This document shows, one piece after another, positions 14,265-28,687 of a DNA stretch of 64,000 nt (position 1 is its first letter; each line of letters opens with the position of its first letter). The stretch is from Geosiphon pyriformis uo1 (Eukaryota; Fungi; Glomeromycota): assembly GCA_016748015.1 (NCBI GenBank), contig JAAOMT010000627.1:435386-499385 (forward strand). The letters run 5' to 3'. Below the pieces are notes generated by a model. It made no database searches. It was not told where the DNA came from and saw only the letters and a list, made by a program, of their open reading frames with translations. The position numbers and the translations under genes were made by a program.

Positions 14265-14936
14265 TCAAGATTGAGTTCTGTCAAAATTGAAGTTAATTTT
14301 TTTATTGATTTCTATATTATTGTAATAATCTAATACTGTATTATTAATTTGTTGTTGTAAATTTTGAAATTGTAAATTGGTTAATCATTCAATACTATTA
14401 ATTGTTATAAGATTTATAGTTGGATTCAATAGTACTTTGTGACAGTTTTCGAAAGCCTTAAAAATTCTGTAAACAGCTTTTATATGAAGTATATTGTTGG
14501 TTTTTCCAATAAAACTTTCCAATTGTTGTATTATTGTTTTGCTAAATACTTTGACTGAATCTTTTGAGTATAATGTTTATATGTTTAATTGTTTTCCCAA
14601 TTGGTAATAACAATAATTAATGGGAAATTTTTTCTTTAGCTGTTCAAATATACTTGGTGTTAATTCTACTATGTTTATTTCTTCTGTTATCAATGTATTA
14701 TTCAATGCTATTCCTAAATTTTTAATGGTTTTGTCAATAAAGCTGTTACTGTTTTTGGCAATAGTAGTATATGATGCAAAACTAGATTTCTCATTTATTA
14801 TAGAATTTGGTATCATTTTTCTTTTATATGATATCTCAGAACTATTGATTGTAATTTCCAAATCTGAATTTGATTGTTGTAAGCTTTAACATAGTTGTTG
14901 GGTTAACTTACTAATGTTTTCTGGAATATATGTCAT
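14265..14936 (-). pseudogene. Element B ORF3 (about 223 aa, unknown function, internal stops)
   Basis: ATG at 14936: MTYIPENISKLTQQL...FPINYCYYQLGKQLNI...FIGKTNNILHIKAVY...FDRTQS*. Homologous to ORF3 of A and D. Confidence 0.8.
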
Positions 14937-15059
14937 TGTTTTAATTCCTGACTGCTTTTTGGGCTCTTTTGCATGCATTTTTATGCTTTTTTAACTGTTT
15001 CTTGGTGTAATTTAAGATTAATTATCTTTTTATATAATGTTTAATTAAAACTACTGGTT

Positions 15060-16400
15060 CTAAATTTTGCGAATCTGATCTGGTAATACTAGTAGTATTT
15101 GTGTTCCAATTCTAAGTGTTTGTGTTGTTATTACTAGTTTGTTGTAATATAATTTCAGCTGGTTGCCATGTGCTGTTTTTCTTAAAATTTTCTCATTTAG
15201 TCTTAACTTGTATGCTACATTGCCAAGTATTTTATGAATATAGAATAATCTATCCCACTTATGGTCAAACTTTTCACTCCATTGCTTTTCTGCTTTGGTA
15301 CAATGCAACAATACTTTGTCTTCTATTTTATAGCTAATTATATTATCTAGTAACTGGTTATCATGTCTTACTTTTTGTTGTGCTTGTGACTGTTCAATAT
15401 TTTGAGCTGCTTTTCTTCTTTTGTTCTCCAAAATTTTCATTAACTTATATGTTCTTCTAAGTATTGTTTCGTGAAATGTTGTTTCTGTAATAATTTCATT
15501 TGAATAAGTTGGAATAGTAAGTTCAATTGGTAATATGGCCTTTCTTCTATAAACCAATTCAAATGGTATAAATTGTATAGTATTTTGTTTTAATGTCCTA
15601 TATGCTAATAAAACTGCTAGTATGAACAAATTCTATTCTTTTTCATGTTCACTGCTGATTTTGGCTAATGTTTCACATAGTATATAGTTAAACCATTCAA
15701 CTAATCCATTTGTTTGGGAATGGTATAGTGATAATAGTGGTCGTTTAATTCCAAATTTTTGGCTGGGTTCATTTAGTGTACTGTTTACAAAATGTGTCCC
15801 TTGGTCTGACAACAATTCTTGTGGATATTCATGGCAGCAAATTAAATCTTCATGTACAAAGTGGGCTACAGATATAGCATTAACTGTTTGAATGGCTTTA
15901 GCTTCTGGCCATTTAGTAAGGTAATTTACTGCTACTGCAATATAATGATTGTTTCTTGCTGTTATTGATAATGGTCCAACTAAATCAATTCCAATTCTAT
16001 CAAATGGTTGTCCAACTTTTATGGATTTTAGTAGTTCTGTTGTTTTTGTTCCTTCTCTTTATTGGCATGGGTCACAATTTCTTATGTATTAGATAATATC
16101 TGAGTGCATTTTTGGCCAATAATAACAACTAGTTGTATGTTGAATATTTGCTTCTTTTCCAAAGTGACCTGAATGGATATTCGAATGCATGTTAAATAAG
16201 ATAGTTTCTTTTTCATTTTCAGTTATAACTCTCAATGAATTATTTGGATTTTGTTGATTCCAGTAATAAAGTATGTGGTTTTGAATAAAATAATGTTTTA
16301 ATAATTTCTGGAACTTAATTAGTTCTTTTATCGATGTATCTTTATCTAGCTGTAGTGTTCTCAAGTATTGGCTAAGATTTTTGTGAAGATAATTGTCCAT
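15060..16400 (-). pseudogene. Element B integrase as a stand-alone ORF (HHCC, DDE, GPY/F module)
   Basis: Has its own ATG at 16400 (MDNYLHKNL), in a different frame from RT-RH. Motifs: HSNIHSGHFG...CDPC, IGIDLVGPL, LLSDQGTHF, NGLVEWFN, KWDRLF. The 3' end is approximate. Confidence 0.85.
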
Positions 16401-16431
16401 TGTTTATGAATTGGTTGTTGTTTGATGGTTT

Positions 16432-19400
16432 TTATGTGTGTTTCATTTGCGACAAACAGTCAGCATTGGCATTTTTGGTATCTTCTTTGTATTTAATGAT
16501 ATAATTGTATGGTGCTAATATTTGTAACCATCTGGTGTATTTTCCTTTTAGCACTTTTTTGTTATTTAATCAAACCAAATCTCTATGATCTGTGGTAATA
16601 TTAAAGAGTTTGTACCATAAGTATGTGTCAAAGTGAACACAACTCCAGACTACTGTTAAGCATTCAAGTTCATGTGCTGTGTAGTTTTGCTCTGCCATAC
16701 TGAGACTTCTGCTGGCATAAGCAATTACATGTTCTCTTTCATTATCATCTTTTTGTGACAGAATGGCTCCAAGTCCTGTTCCAGAAGCATCTGTAGCCAA
16801 AATGAATTTTTTGTTGAAATCCAGATAGATTATTATAGGTGATTCAATGAGCTTTTGCCTAAGATACTCAAAAGCTTTTTGCTGTGTTTCAGTCCATTCA
16901 AATTTCACATTTTTGAATAGTAAATAATTAAGAAATTTGGCGATGTTTGAAAAGTTTTCTACAAAGTGGTGGTAGTAAGATGCGAGTTCTAAAAAGCTTC
17001 TAACTTCTGAAATGTTTCAAGGTACTAGAAAATTTTTTACTTTGTCTATTTTTGATAGATCTGGTTTTATTCCATCTTTTCCAACTACGTGTCCTAGAAA
17101 TGCTAGCTCATTTTTCCTAAAGAAACATTTTTTTAAATTTAATTTAAGTCTAGCATGTCTCAATCTCTCAAAAACTTGTTGTAAATGTTGGAGATGATCC
17201 ATGAATTTTGGCGAGAAAACATTTGTATTGTCCAAGTAGACAACAACAGATTGTCACAGAATTCCAGAGTAAATTACGTCCATTAGTCTTTGGAATGTTA
17301 CAGGAGCATTTGTCAATCCAAATGGCATTACATTGAACTCATAATTGTCATTTTGTGTTGTGAATGCTGTTTTATGCCTGTCTTTTGGGTCTATTTCTAC
17401 TTGTCAGTATCCACTGGTCAAGTCAAGTGTAAAAAACCATTTTGCTCCTCCAAAAACATCAAAGATTTTGTCAATTAATAGTATTGGGTATAAATCTTTA
17501 GTTGTTTTGCTGTTTAGTTTGCAATAGTTGATGCAAAATCTAATTTTTCCGTTTTTTTTCCTTACTAAAACAACTGGTAAGGACCATGGGCTCATTGATG
17601 GTTGAATTATTTCTTTTTTCAACATGTTTTGGACTTCTTCTCTGATAAAATTATGCTCTATTGGTGGAACATGGTAAGCACGTTGTTTTTCAGATCTGGC
17701 ATCTCCAGTGGAAATTTGGTGTTAAACCAAATTGGTTCTTCTAAATTTGCCATTTCATGAAAATATATCAGAGTATTTTAAAATTAATGCTTTTAATTGT
17801 CACTGTTGGTCTGGATCCATTGTTCCAATGTTTAATTTGGCCAATTCTTCTGGCATAAATTGATAGCATTCCAACAGTTGTTGCCAATTTATTGAAGTGA
17901 GTTCACAGTAAAGGGTGATTTCTGGGAAATTTAGAATTTTTTGTAGTGTTGATGCATTTTCTAGTTCTGTTCCAAGGTATTCCATGATAATGTTTTCTGG
18001 AATGTATATGAGCTCTTCTGTGGTATTCATAATAAGAATTTTTATCCATTGTGTTTTGTCAGCTGGAATAAAAAGGTTAGTAAGTCCTATGGAAAACTGT
18101 TGGCAAGTTTTTGGGTGGGGCTCGAATATTAAATTTATATCTTTTATTGTCCTTTTTATTTTAATTTCTGATTTTCCATAAGGTGTAAGCATAATTGACT
18201 ACTTAGTTTTAATTAATTCACCTTTTTCTTCTATTGTTTTAGCAAAATTTGCTTCAATTCCTTTTCCTGTTGATTCGAAACCAAAAGTTCCTCTTGTTGT
18301 TTGTATCAATTCCTCACAATTTTCCACTGGCACAAATTTCCCAATTTTTACCAATAGTAGAAAAATTGCTTGTGTAATCTTCTCCTTAAATTCAATGATA
18401 TAAGATTTTTCTGAATTGTTTTGTAGCAAAACCATCAAATTTTCAGTGTAGCTGGAGTTAATTACTCCTTCTTGAATGCTTATTCCTTTTTTCACGAGAC
18501 TTAATTGCGACACTATTTGGACCATTATTCCTGGCAGAATTTCAACCACTATTTTTAGGTTGATTTTAGTAATACTTCTGGGTGGCAATGTCATGGATTG
18601 GTTTTCCAGATACTGTAAATCAAATTTGGCGTCAGTTGGATGGGCTCTTTCAGGTACTATTCCTAAGTGCCCATTGTCATAGTACTGGATGCTGATCTCC
18701 TGATCTAGATCAGTATAGGCTAAAATATTTTCTGACTCAGAACTGTCAGATAAGTTTTGTTGATTTATTGATTGATTTTGGTACTGCTGATTCTTAATTT
18801 CCATTTTCTATTCTAAGTCTTTTTCATATTAACACTCTTCATATTGCTGACTTTGGCACAGAATAAGACAGTCTTCACAAAAGTAAGTGTTAATCTGAGT
18901 GAGATACTGTTCTTGCTCTTGATAAGTGGGGCATAGCTGTTGGTAGTTTTCCTGGAATTTGTCCACTGGGTCGAACATGTTGTAGTTGACAACTTCATTA
19001 GCTATTTTGGCTGACACTTTTCAACATCGTATTTTTTCGGTGGTTTCTCCTCTTACTTTGGCTTGTGTGGTGTTGTATAACTCATTCTCATCATGTGGGT
19101 AGTGCTGCAGTCTTCTTAATGCTCTATTAAACACTGCTTCGAATAGCATTCCTCCTCTTATCCAATCACAGATGAGGATCGTGTATTGGCAAGTTGTGTT
19201 ACATGTTCCTCTTCTGCCTGGTATGTTATTCCAGTCACATCCTCTTGGTAACAGTTCTTCACAAGCAAGGCACAGTTCTTTGTTTCATTTTCCATGTCTT
19301 TCTGGGTAATCGTATTTTTCTTTTTTATAACAGTTACAATAATAGTGGATGGGATTTCTTGGGTCTTTGTCTGGTGTACTGCATGCAATTATAGACAAGA

Positions 19401-22190
19401 GTTTTTTCTTGCAAACTGAGCATTCTAGCTTTGGTTTGTGTTGCTGGTGGTTTTTTCATAGACTTACTTGGTTCTATTCGGATCTTTCTTTGCTGGTCTA
19501 CTTTGGTACGGCTGGTAGTTCTGTTCTTTGGTCATCAGCCCAAAAGAGCTAATAGGTTTCGATGGCTGGTAGTGCTGGATTTTTCTCAAATTCAAAAGTA
19601 GATCTTTGGTTGGTGCTGGGTTTTTGAAAGTGGCCACAGGTGGCTGGAATTCTGGCCTGGTGACCATTATAATTGATTAGAAGCTCTTAGGTAGTCTAGT
19701 TTAGGGTGGCGTTGGCTTTTGTTAGCCAGTCATTCCTTACTAACACTTGATATTGTGTAGCGTTCATTACTAATACTTTTGTAGGTATTATTATACCATT
19801 AATTTCAAAAAAAAATGTGTCAATTTCACCATGAGGCAGCTTGGTACTTCCATCAGCTGTTATAATTTGGAACATCACTGTGTGATCAACTTTGAAACCC
19901 AGTTGGTTTATTAGTTGAAGCATTACAATACTTCTAACGGATCTACTGTCTAAGATGAGTTTAATTGGCATATTGTTTACTTTTGCTTCCATGTACATAG
20001 CAGTGATTGGGCATTCCTTATCCAATGCTGCTCCACTAAACATAACCTTTTTTTCCTCTAATTCAAAAAGAAAAATAGCTGTGAGACTGCTATCTTCTGT
20101 GACAACAACTGGTGGTATTGTTTAGATCAAGTTCTGGCTATTGGTGGTATTTTCAGTTCCAGGTATGTTACTATTAATAATTCTGAGATTTAAATTTTCT
20201 GATATATTAAAGTAAGTTGGCTGGAAATTTGGGTAGTTTAGATAGTTTGTGTTTGTTTGCTGATTAAGTCCTACATGATTAGGATTTCTAGTAATAATTG
20301 CATTTTGACCTAATACTGACTGGCTTCAAAACTCTAAATACCAGTTTGAATTTGGAATTGCTGGTCATTGCTGGTAAGTTTTTTGATTTTGGTACATAGT
20401 GAAGTATTGACATGGTATTGGTGTGTATTGATTTCTGAGCATTTGGGGGGGGTGCGTAATAATTATTTTCATGTGCCTTTTGTATTATTCACATTCGACA
20501 TTGGCTGATTAAATGTCCTACATGTTTGCAAAAATGGCAGGCACATGTTTCTGTTCTGAAGTCCTAATGCAACAAGCAATTATTTTGGCTGCTGCTGAAT
20601 TCCTGGTTGCATCTTTGAAGTGTTTGGTATGTGTTATTTTTTCCTGGGTCTGAGATGAGGTAACTTTCTATTTTTTTAGAGAGTTTCTCCCCTAATTGTG
20701 TTACTCTCTTTTCTAATGTTTTTGTCTTGTTTTCCTCTATTACTATGTTAACTATTTGACTATAATTAGCTTCTTTCTCAGCTAATTCAAGGGCTTTGGC
20801 AAGCATAACGGCTTCTGACAATAAATCAGGGTGGGCAGGGTGTACTCTTCCTAAAATACTGCTTTTTAATCCTCTAATAAATTGATTTAAAACCTGAGGA
20901 TTGATATAGTATCCTTGTTCAATTGCTTCAATCTGATGGCAAATTTGATTGAATCGAGCAAGATATTAGATAACAGTTTTACCAGTACCTTGCTTGATAG
21001 TATTGAATTCATTTTGTAGTTGGATTACAGTGTTTGGGTCGCTAAAATACTCCAGGAGTGCATTTTTAAATTCGGCAAAGCTCATGAGTTTTGTTTCCAG
21101 GCTTTGATACCATGAGTCAGCTGTGTCTTTCAGAAAAAAAGGTAATGTTTGAATTGCTCTTTGGTTATTTCAGTTATTTGCCTGGATGGCTTTTTGTGCT
21201 TTTTTAAGCCATGTGTGCACGTTTGTTTTTTCTTCCTCTCCTGAGAAATCTGTTAGTCTTGTGATGTATGATGTGGCCATTTTGTCGCCATTTTCTACTA
21301 GTGAGCTTATTGGTCTAAGAAGGGGGGATGATATTTCCTTGAGCATTTCTAAAGATGGCTTTTCTTATATTTGGTTCTTCCTCTTAATCATGAGTTTCTT
21401 GGTTTCTGGATTGGCTGCTTGTTCCAGTAACCAGTCTTGTAATTGTTTTTTTGCTGGTCTCTTTTTCGGATTCCGATTCAGACTTCTCTTCATGGTTTTC
21501 AAACTCTGTTCTGAATTTTGGCTGAAAAAGAGGGTTTTAAAATAGTGATGAATATCATCCTGTAATTGGTATGTCTCCCCAGTTATATTGTTTAATTTTA
21601 TCAGTATAACTAGGAGTCCTTGGCATTTGTGGAGTTGATATTAATGATGATGCAGCTTCTAATGAAATTTGTATCTTATTTTCTGGTGAAAAATGGTATG
21701 ATTTATTTTTTGGTAAATAAATATGTTGTTTCTTTATTGATTAAGTGACAGTTTTCTTTGGTGTTTGAACAGGTGTTCCTAGTTTTTGCTGGTTACTTTT
21801 CTGATTAGTTTCTAAATTTTCTTTGGTTTTGTTGACACATTCCCTAGTGTTTCCTGTGAATATTAGAAAATTTTTGTTGGTGTATTGCTCAATTTTTTGA
21901 TGGATTTTAACAATAGTTGTGGCTATTACTGCTACTTCCTTTGTAGTGTATTGTGATAATTCTCTATACAATCCAAGTTTTGCGTTATGTGGTTCTTCTT
22001 TCTTTCCTATGTGGTAATTTATTCTGGCATTGATATAATAAGTGGGAGCAAATTCTGCTGGACAACACCCTTCTGGTAATCTAAGATCACTTTGATTTTG
22101 TGTGTAAATAGCATGGCAGAATTCAAAAACAGTAAGAGTAGGGGTTTTTGTTACCACTTTTGTTTCTTTCTTTTTAGCAATAAATTATTG
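16432..22190 (-). pseudogene. Element B gag-PR-Cys-rich-dUTPase-RT-RNase H polyprotein relic
   Basis: ORF fragments at 21741-22157 (gag N-domain), 20564-20821 (gag), 19696-20043 (PR, LDSRS), 18199-18804 (dUTPase), 17404-17625 and 17017-17235 (RT) and 16570-16908 (RNase H, TDASGTGLGAIL). It ends NADCLSQMKHT* at 16432. Confidence 0.9.
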
Positions 22191-22239
22191 CTAATTATTA
22201 TTTTTTTTTTGATTTTTTTTTTTCATAGGGTTCATCAAA

Positions 22240-23029
22240 TGTTACAGGATAGTTTTCTTGGTATATTTTAATTGTTGATCTCCCGTTTTAATTGCAATCA
22301 GTCTCTCATAAGTTCTTTTATTATGTGTTGGATATTAATGATAATGTACTGAAGGTTTTCTTTTGATGTTGTGATGTAAGTTTTTTCTCTAGTTTTAGTT
22401 GTCTTTGTATGTTGTGTACTTCTTCCCAGAGGCTAATCTGAAATCTACTTGCTGTCTGGGGTTTTCTTTGAGGCTATCCCTGCAATTGTATGATGTGTTT
22501 TTTTAATCTAGAAACACGAAATGTTAATGGTCTTTTCACAATTTCCCTAAGTATATAATAAGCTTTTTTCAATTTAATTAGTAATTACGTAAATAATCTT
22601 AATCAGAGATTATTTTTCCAAAGAGTTTAAAGATGGAATAATAGTTTCATTTGCTAAAGAGAGTATGTGAATTCTATTGTTAATCTTGTAATTGTAATGT
22701 TTATTCAATTTATTATTTTTATTAATTCTTTTTAAATAAGATTTTATTTAGATATTTATTGCTTTTAGTTGAAGCTTGTTCTTTTTTATTATTAAAAATT
22801 ATTGTATATATATATAATTATTGTTTTACAAAATAATGTCTTGTAATATTCTATTTCTGTTATTTTTAAATAATGCTTGCTACTATTGTACAATAGTGCT
22901 TGATGCTATTGTAAAATAGTGCTTGCTGTTATTTGTAAATCATTTCTTTTTATAAATTGTTGCTGTGCTATTTCATGATTGGCTAATTTATATTATTTAT
23001 AATTCCTATTAAATTCTTGAACTGTAACA
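22240..23029 (-). repeat. 5' LTR of element B (790 bp)
   Basis: TGTTAC...GTAACA ends, three copies of the 23-bp unit, followed on the minus strand by the decayed PBS TTTGATGAACCCTATG. Confidence 0.95.
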
Positions 23030-23033
23030 ACAC

Positions 23034-26000
23034 AAAAGCTTCAAATCAGCTAGAACAGTCAACACACACATGTACTTGCCATGTGTGGCCACTTCAAGCC
23101 AATTACTATGCCAACAGCATCTCTTATCGAGTTCGAGAAAGAAGAAAAGAAACCTACTTGGGAAGCCTATCAAGTGTTATGGGCTAAAGCAGATCACAAT
23201 AAGTTACCACCAATACTCTCTTGGGATGATAACGGAAAAGAGAAACAAAAGGAAGGACTTACCTAGAATGCCAACCAAGACTGAGAAACTAACAATAACT
23301 CAAACAAATTACCAACCTGAGAATGGGAAGAAACCAATAAAGAAAAAGAGAAAAAAAAGGAAGAAAATATAACCAAAGAAACTACTGCCACAAAAAAAAT
23401 AACTAGGGGCTGGGAAAAAGAATACTTACAAGAACTGATCAAAGAGCCACCATGTATACTTCTCAAATGCAAGGACTGTGGGAAGAAACTTTCTTTCATG
23501 AGAGCTTGGATCACACCAAATGAAAATTACTGGATCCAAACCCACTATTATTACAAGTCTTGCCACTGCAAATACTATGGCTACCCAAAAAGACAAGACA
23601 AGTGAGACAACGAACTATGTCTTGCTTGTGGCGAACAACTATTGAATGAAGGAATATGGAACAACATTCCTGAATGAGGAGGAACATATGACACTTTGTG
23701 CCAATACACAATCTTCATCAGCAATTGGGTGAGCCATGATATGCCAATAACTGCTGCCTAGCACTGTGTAATATCTCACTTGGATGGTTACCCACACGAC
23801 GAAGACGAGATTTGGCAAATGGCAAACACCAAAGTAGAAGGTGCCACACCTAGCAAAATATTAGAAATCAAGAACAACTCTCTGAAGACAGTCAACATTG
23901 TTTTGATTCCCAACCCAGATGCTTTTCTGAATCTGGAAGCAGACCCAGAAGAATTCCATGAGCACTACCAAAATTTGGCACCAACAAGAGAAAAACAAGA
24001 GCAGTGTTTAGCCCAAATCAACACTTGACTATGTGACTATTGTTTAATTCTCTGTGACTTTCAATATTGTAATGAGTGTGACCTTATTTACAATCCACCC
24101 ATCCGCATAATCTACACAATCCCAGAAGAAAATGAACCAATAAGCAACTGCGCATTGGAATTGGAATCAGTTTTTAATCTCAATTCAAACTCTGACAGCA
24201 ACAATGACAAAAACACCAGTTCTAGCTTCACTCAAAACGGCAACAAAAATAACAATGATTTGGACCCCAATTCAAATTCCGAAACATATATCACTCTCCC
24301 TGACCTTACCAAGGAGCAAGAACTGAAATGGTTCAGCAATAATAATGAAGGTATTATGTCTGAATGTGTATATAATACTGATGCAAGATTTGATCTGAGA
24401 TATCCAGAGAAAAATTCCATCAAATTAGAACTTTACTCACACACTTGTATTGATCTGAAAATAGCATTGGAAATTTTAACAACAACAATAGTGCAATTAG
24501 CATCCAGAAATAGTTTAGCAAAAAAGAGAATCAATATTAGAAGAGAAATAATTAATGCAAAATACATAGAAAATATTATTGTTATGCTACAAAATGACTC
24601 AGAAAAAACATATACCATAGAGCCAAATGAAAAGATAACACAGGCAATATTTTTATCTCTGGTGAAAATAATTTAGTTAGTTTCAGTAGGAAATAAGGAA
24701 GAATTAGGGATTACTGTTAGAGAGATACAAGGATTCAGATCAATAGGTAGAATAGATATACTAATTAATATGACAGAGGAAAAAATTGTTGACAAAAAAG
24801 AAATTATCTCAATCCGTCAATCAATCTCCATTCCACCATATAACTAGTATATATTAGCTATAAAAAGAGAAATAAAGAATCAAGCTCAGTTGTTTGAAGC
24901 AGAAGCTGCCATTTGTGAATCAGGAGAAATTGGACTCACCAATCTCTACATATCAGCCAACAGCCCCAAGAATATCAAAATTTCCATCTACAATACAATA
25001 GGACATGTTATTGAAATACTAAAAGAAACCATCATTGGATATTTAACCACTGAAGTTGAGGACCAACCACCAAACCATATTCTAGATTTTCCACAGCTTT
25101 GTAGATATGTGGACATCACATTACAAACCATTTATGGACGAAACAAATGTTATCTACTTGAACCAGAACAATTGGAACAGATAAACATGGGGAATCTAGA
25201 CCCACTCCAACAGATACAACTAAAGACATTACTTAGCAACTTCAATGACATCTTTGCCAGTGAAAACGAATTTGGCAGAACCAACATCATCCAGCATCAG
25301 ATCAAAACTGGAGATGCAATGCCAATTAAACAAAGAGCATACAGAGTACCACCAGCTAGCCATAAGATCATTCATCAAAAAATTAATTGAATGCTTGACA
25401 ACAGGCTAATTCAGCCATTAATGAGCCCATAGTCATCACCAGTGGTATTAGTCCAGAAGAAAAATGGAAAAATCCACTTTTGTGTGGATTACTGGAAACT
25501 GAATAGAGTAACCAAAGGAGATAGCTATCCAACGCCCAAAATCCAAGAGCTGTTTGACACTTTTGAAGGAAATAAATGGTTCTTAATACTAAATTTGGAT
25601 AGTAGTTACTGGCAAGTAGCCATGGATCTAGCTGACAAAGAGAAAACAGCATTTACCACAAGAGAAAGAAATTTTGAATTTGAAGTCATGCCATTTGGAT
25701 TGATGAATGCACCAGCCATATTCCAATGGCTAATGGAAATTGTATACACTGGACTACTATGGAAGTCAGTAGTTGTATACTTGAATAATACCAATGTATT
25801 CTCAAAAACATTTGATGATCATCTGTATCATCTTCAACAAATGTTTGAAAGGTTAAGAAGAACCAAACTAAAATTAAATGCAACCAAATGTTTCTTTAGA
25901 AAAACTGAACTCAAGTTTTTGGGACATGTGGTGAGCAAAGATGGAATCAAAACAGATTCAGATAAGATTGCATTAATAAAGAACTTTCCAGTACCAGCAA

Positions 26001-26577
26001 ACTTGCCAGAACTGAGGGCATTTTTGGGATTTGCAGACTATTATCGCCGTTTTATTAAGGACTTTTCTAAACTAGCCCAGCCACTTTACCATTTACACAC
26101 CAAGAATGTGAAGTATAAATGGACTGAAATTCAACAAGAAGCGACACATTGAGAAAAAAGCTTATTCAAGCTCCAGTATTGATGTATCCAGACCATAGCA
26201 AACCATTCATCATCACTATGGATGCATCAGATCAAGCATTGGGAGCAGTACTATCACAGAAAAAACCAGATGGAAGAAAACATCCAGTAGCTTACACCAG
26301 TAGAAGCTTAAGTTCAGCCAAAAAGAACTATAGAACACCAGCACTAAAACATTTAGCAATCTATTGGGCAATCATAAAATGGAGAGAATACTTGAGCCAA
26401 AAGTTTGAAATATATATGGATCACAAAGGATTGACTTCAATCCAGAAACAAGAATTTGCAGACAATTGTCATGCCAGATAGAAAATAGAACTTTCACTAT
26501 TTAATTATACAATACATTATAAAAAAGAAAAAGACAATGGAAATGCTGACAAATTGTCGTGAATAAGACAAATCTAA
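23034..26577 (+). pseudogene. Element A pol: protease tail, Cys-rich domain, dUTPase, RT, RNase H
   Basis: dUTPase motifs DARFDL, SRNSL and ITQAI (24330-24750). RT ORF 25442-26152 (FCVDYWKLN, MPFGL, YLNN) and RNase H 26149-26481 (MDASDQALGAVL). It ends NADKLS*IRQI* at 26577. Confidence 0.9.
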
Positions 26578-26607
26578 AAACATTTCAACCCAAAAATATA
26601 ACAAAAC

Positions 26608-27980
26608 ATAAATACACAAAAATATTAACAACTTCAACATTATATAAATATGCAATCATTTAAAGAGAAATTATCTCAAAAAGAACAAAACAACATAAAA
26701 CAACAATCAAAATATTTTAAAATATACTTTACTGAAAGAACAAAAGAAATTCAGATCAACCAATCAGAGTAATCACAGAACCAGAGAAAGAGACAATATT
26801 ATTCAACATACACTCAGACCCAACAGCAGGACATTTTTATAAAGAAGCAACCATGGAAAGAACCAGAAAAAGATACTATTGGCCATCAATGTATTCAGAC
26901 ACCATTCAATATATTCAAAATTGTAATGCTTGTCAGAGAAGAGGAGGAACAAAACCCAGTAAACCATTAAGACCAATTAAAGTAGGACAATTATTCAATT
27001 GCATTGGAATTGACTTAGTCAGACCATTAACAATCACCAGCAGAGGCAACAGATATATTACAGTAGCTATGAATTATCTCACTAAATGGCCAAAAGCAAA
27101 AGCCATTCAAAGAACAGATGCAGAATTTGTTGCCAAATTTGTTCATCAAAATTTGATCTGTTAATATGAATGTCCAAAAAAACTACTATTAGATCAAAAA
27201 ACTCACTTTGTGAACAGAACACTGGCAGAATTAAGTCAAAGATTTGGAGTTAAAAGACCATTGTTATCACCATACCATCTACAAACCAATAAACTAGTTG
27301 AAAAATTTAACAAAACATTGTGTAAAGCAATCACCAAAATCAGTCAAGAAAACCAAAATGAATGAGATTTGTTCATACCATTAGTATTATTTGCTTATCA
27401 GACAATAAAACAAGACACTACACAAGCAACACTATTTGAATTAGTATATGGTAGAACAGCAATACTACCAGTGGAAATAGAAGTCAGCACATACCCAACT
27501 GAACCAATAACAAAAGAGAATTTCAAAAACACATTATTGAGAAAAACATATGACTTAATGGAAACATTAGAAGACAAATGATGAAAAGCAGCTGATAACA
27601 TACAAAAGTCACAAGAGAAACAAAAAAAATGACATGATAATCAACTACCAAATAAACCAGTTGAATTCAAGATTGGAGACAAAGTATTTTTATATCATAC
27701 CAAAGCAGAAAAACAATGGAGTAGAAAATTTGACCCCAAATGGGATGGACCATTTCACATAGAAGAAATTCTTGAGAATGGAGCTTATAAATTAAGATGA
27801 GACAACAAAATTTTAGCCAAAGCAGCACATGGTAATTGACTAAAACTATATTACCAGATAGCATCATCATTTACCAATAACATTCTACAACTAGAAATAC
27901 AAAGAATACTAGTTCAACCAGATGAGATTCCATAAGATCTAGAACCAATCATAATTATTGAACCAAACATGTCAAATTGA
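26608..27980 (+). pseudogene. Element A integrase as a stand-alone ORF
   Basis: Motifs HSDPTAGHF...CNAC, IGIDLVRPL and KWDGPF. The inferred start is ATA (probably a decayed ATG) at 26608, 30 nt after the RNase H stop. Confidence 0.8.
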
Positions 27981-28036
27981 ACAACCAAAAGAATATATAA
28001 GGGCACAATATACATGACAAAAGCAACCAAGATAAA

Positions 28037-28672
28037 ATGGAAATACCAGATCATATTCACATCATAGCTCAACAATTATTTCAGGCCTTAAGTCAACAAC
28101 TCCTGAACATAGAAATTATTGTTAACAACCAAACAATTTGCTATTGAAACACCAAAAGAAAAACAAAGAATACACCATATCAGCAATTACCAAAGAATAA
28201 TAAAAACTGGTCAGATAACATAATAGAAAAAGTAAAGAACACTTTTGGGAAAATACCTATTATGGCACCAACAGAAGAACTTACAAAAAAGAATTAGAAG
28301 CAATGGACAAAACAACTTCTAATATCATACTACTACTACCAGTTAGGTCAGAAGTTAAATATTTAGGAGTTGTATATTAACAAATTCAAGAAAATATTTA
28401 ACCAAAACATAATACAGCAAATTGAAGAATTTATTGGAAAGAAAACAAACTCAACACTACATATGAAAGCAATTTACCAACTGCACAACATATTTCAGAA
28501 CTATCCAGAATTACTGTTACACTCTAACATGGAAACCATAACTATTAACCAATGGGGAAAAATAAACAATGTACAAGTAGAAGACATGAAAAATAAAGTC
28601 GAACAAACAATACTAGAAAAAAAAGTATTAGAGCTAATTCAAAATAAAGATTTCAATGGAGCTCAATATTAA
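28037..28672 (+). pseudogene. Element A ORF3 (211 codons, unknown function)
   Basis: ATG at 28037: MEIPDHIHIIAQQLFQ...YYYQLGQKLNI...FIGKKTNSTLHMKAIYQL...DFNGAQY*. One frame with a few stops; the final stop abuts the PPT. Confidence 0.8.
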
Positions 28673-28687
28673 AAAAGAAGAAAATAA
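28673..28687 (+). promoter_or_regulatory. Polypurine tract of element A
   Basis: AAAAGAAGAAAATAA immediately before the 3' LTR; equivalent tracts are present in B and D. Confidence 0.75.

Larger units (their letters stand above)
13439..23029 (-). mobile_element. Element B: full-length Ty3/Gypsy-type LTR retrotransposon with dUTPase, antisense and nested in the protease of A
   Basis: LTRs at 13439-14251 and 22240-23029, with TSD ACAC at 13435-13438 and 23030-23033. Removing B restores the A frame DWNT|QKLQIS. PPT at 14252-14265. Confidence 0.95.

Noticed and set aside
28037-28672. ORF3 as a retroviral Env
   Set aside because: It is short and has no visible signal peptide, furin site/fusion peptide or transmembrane helix.
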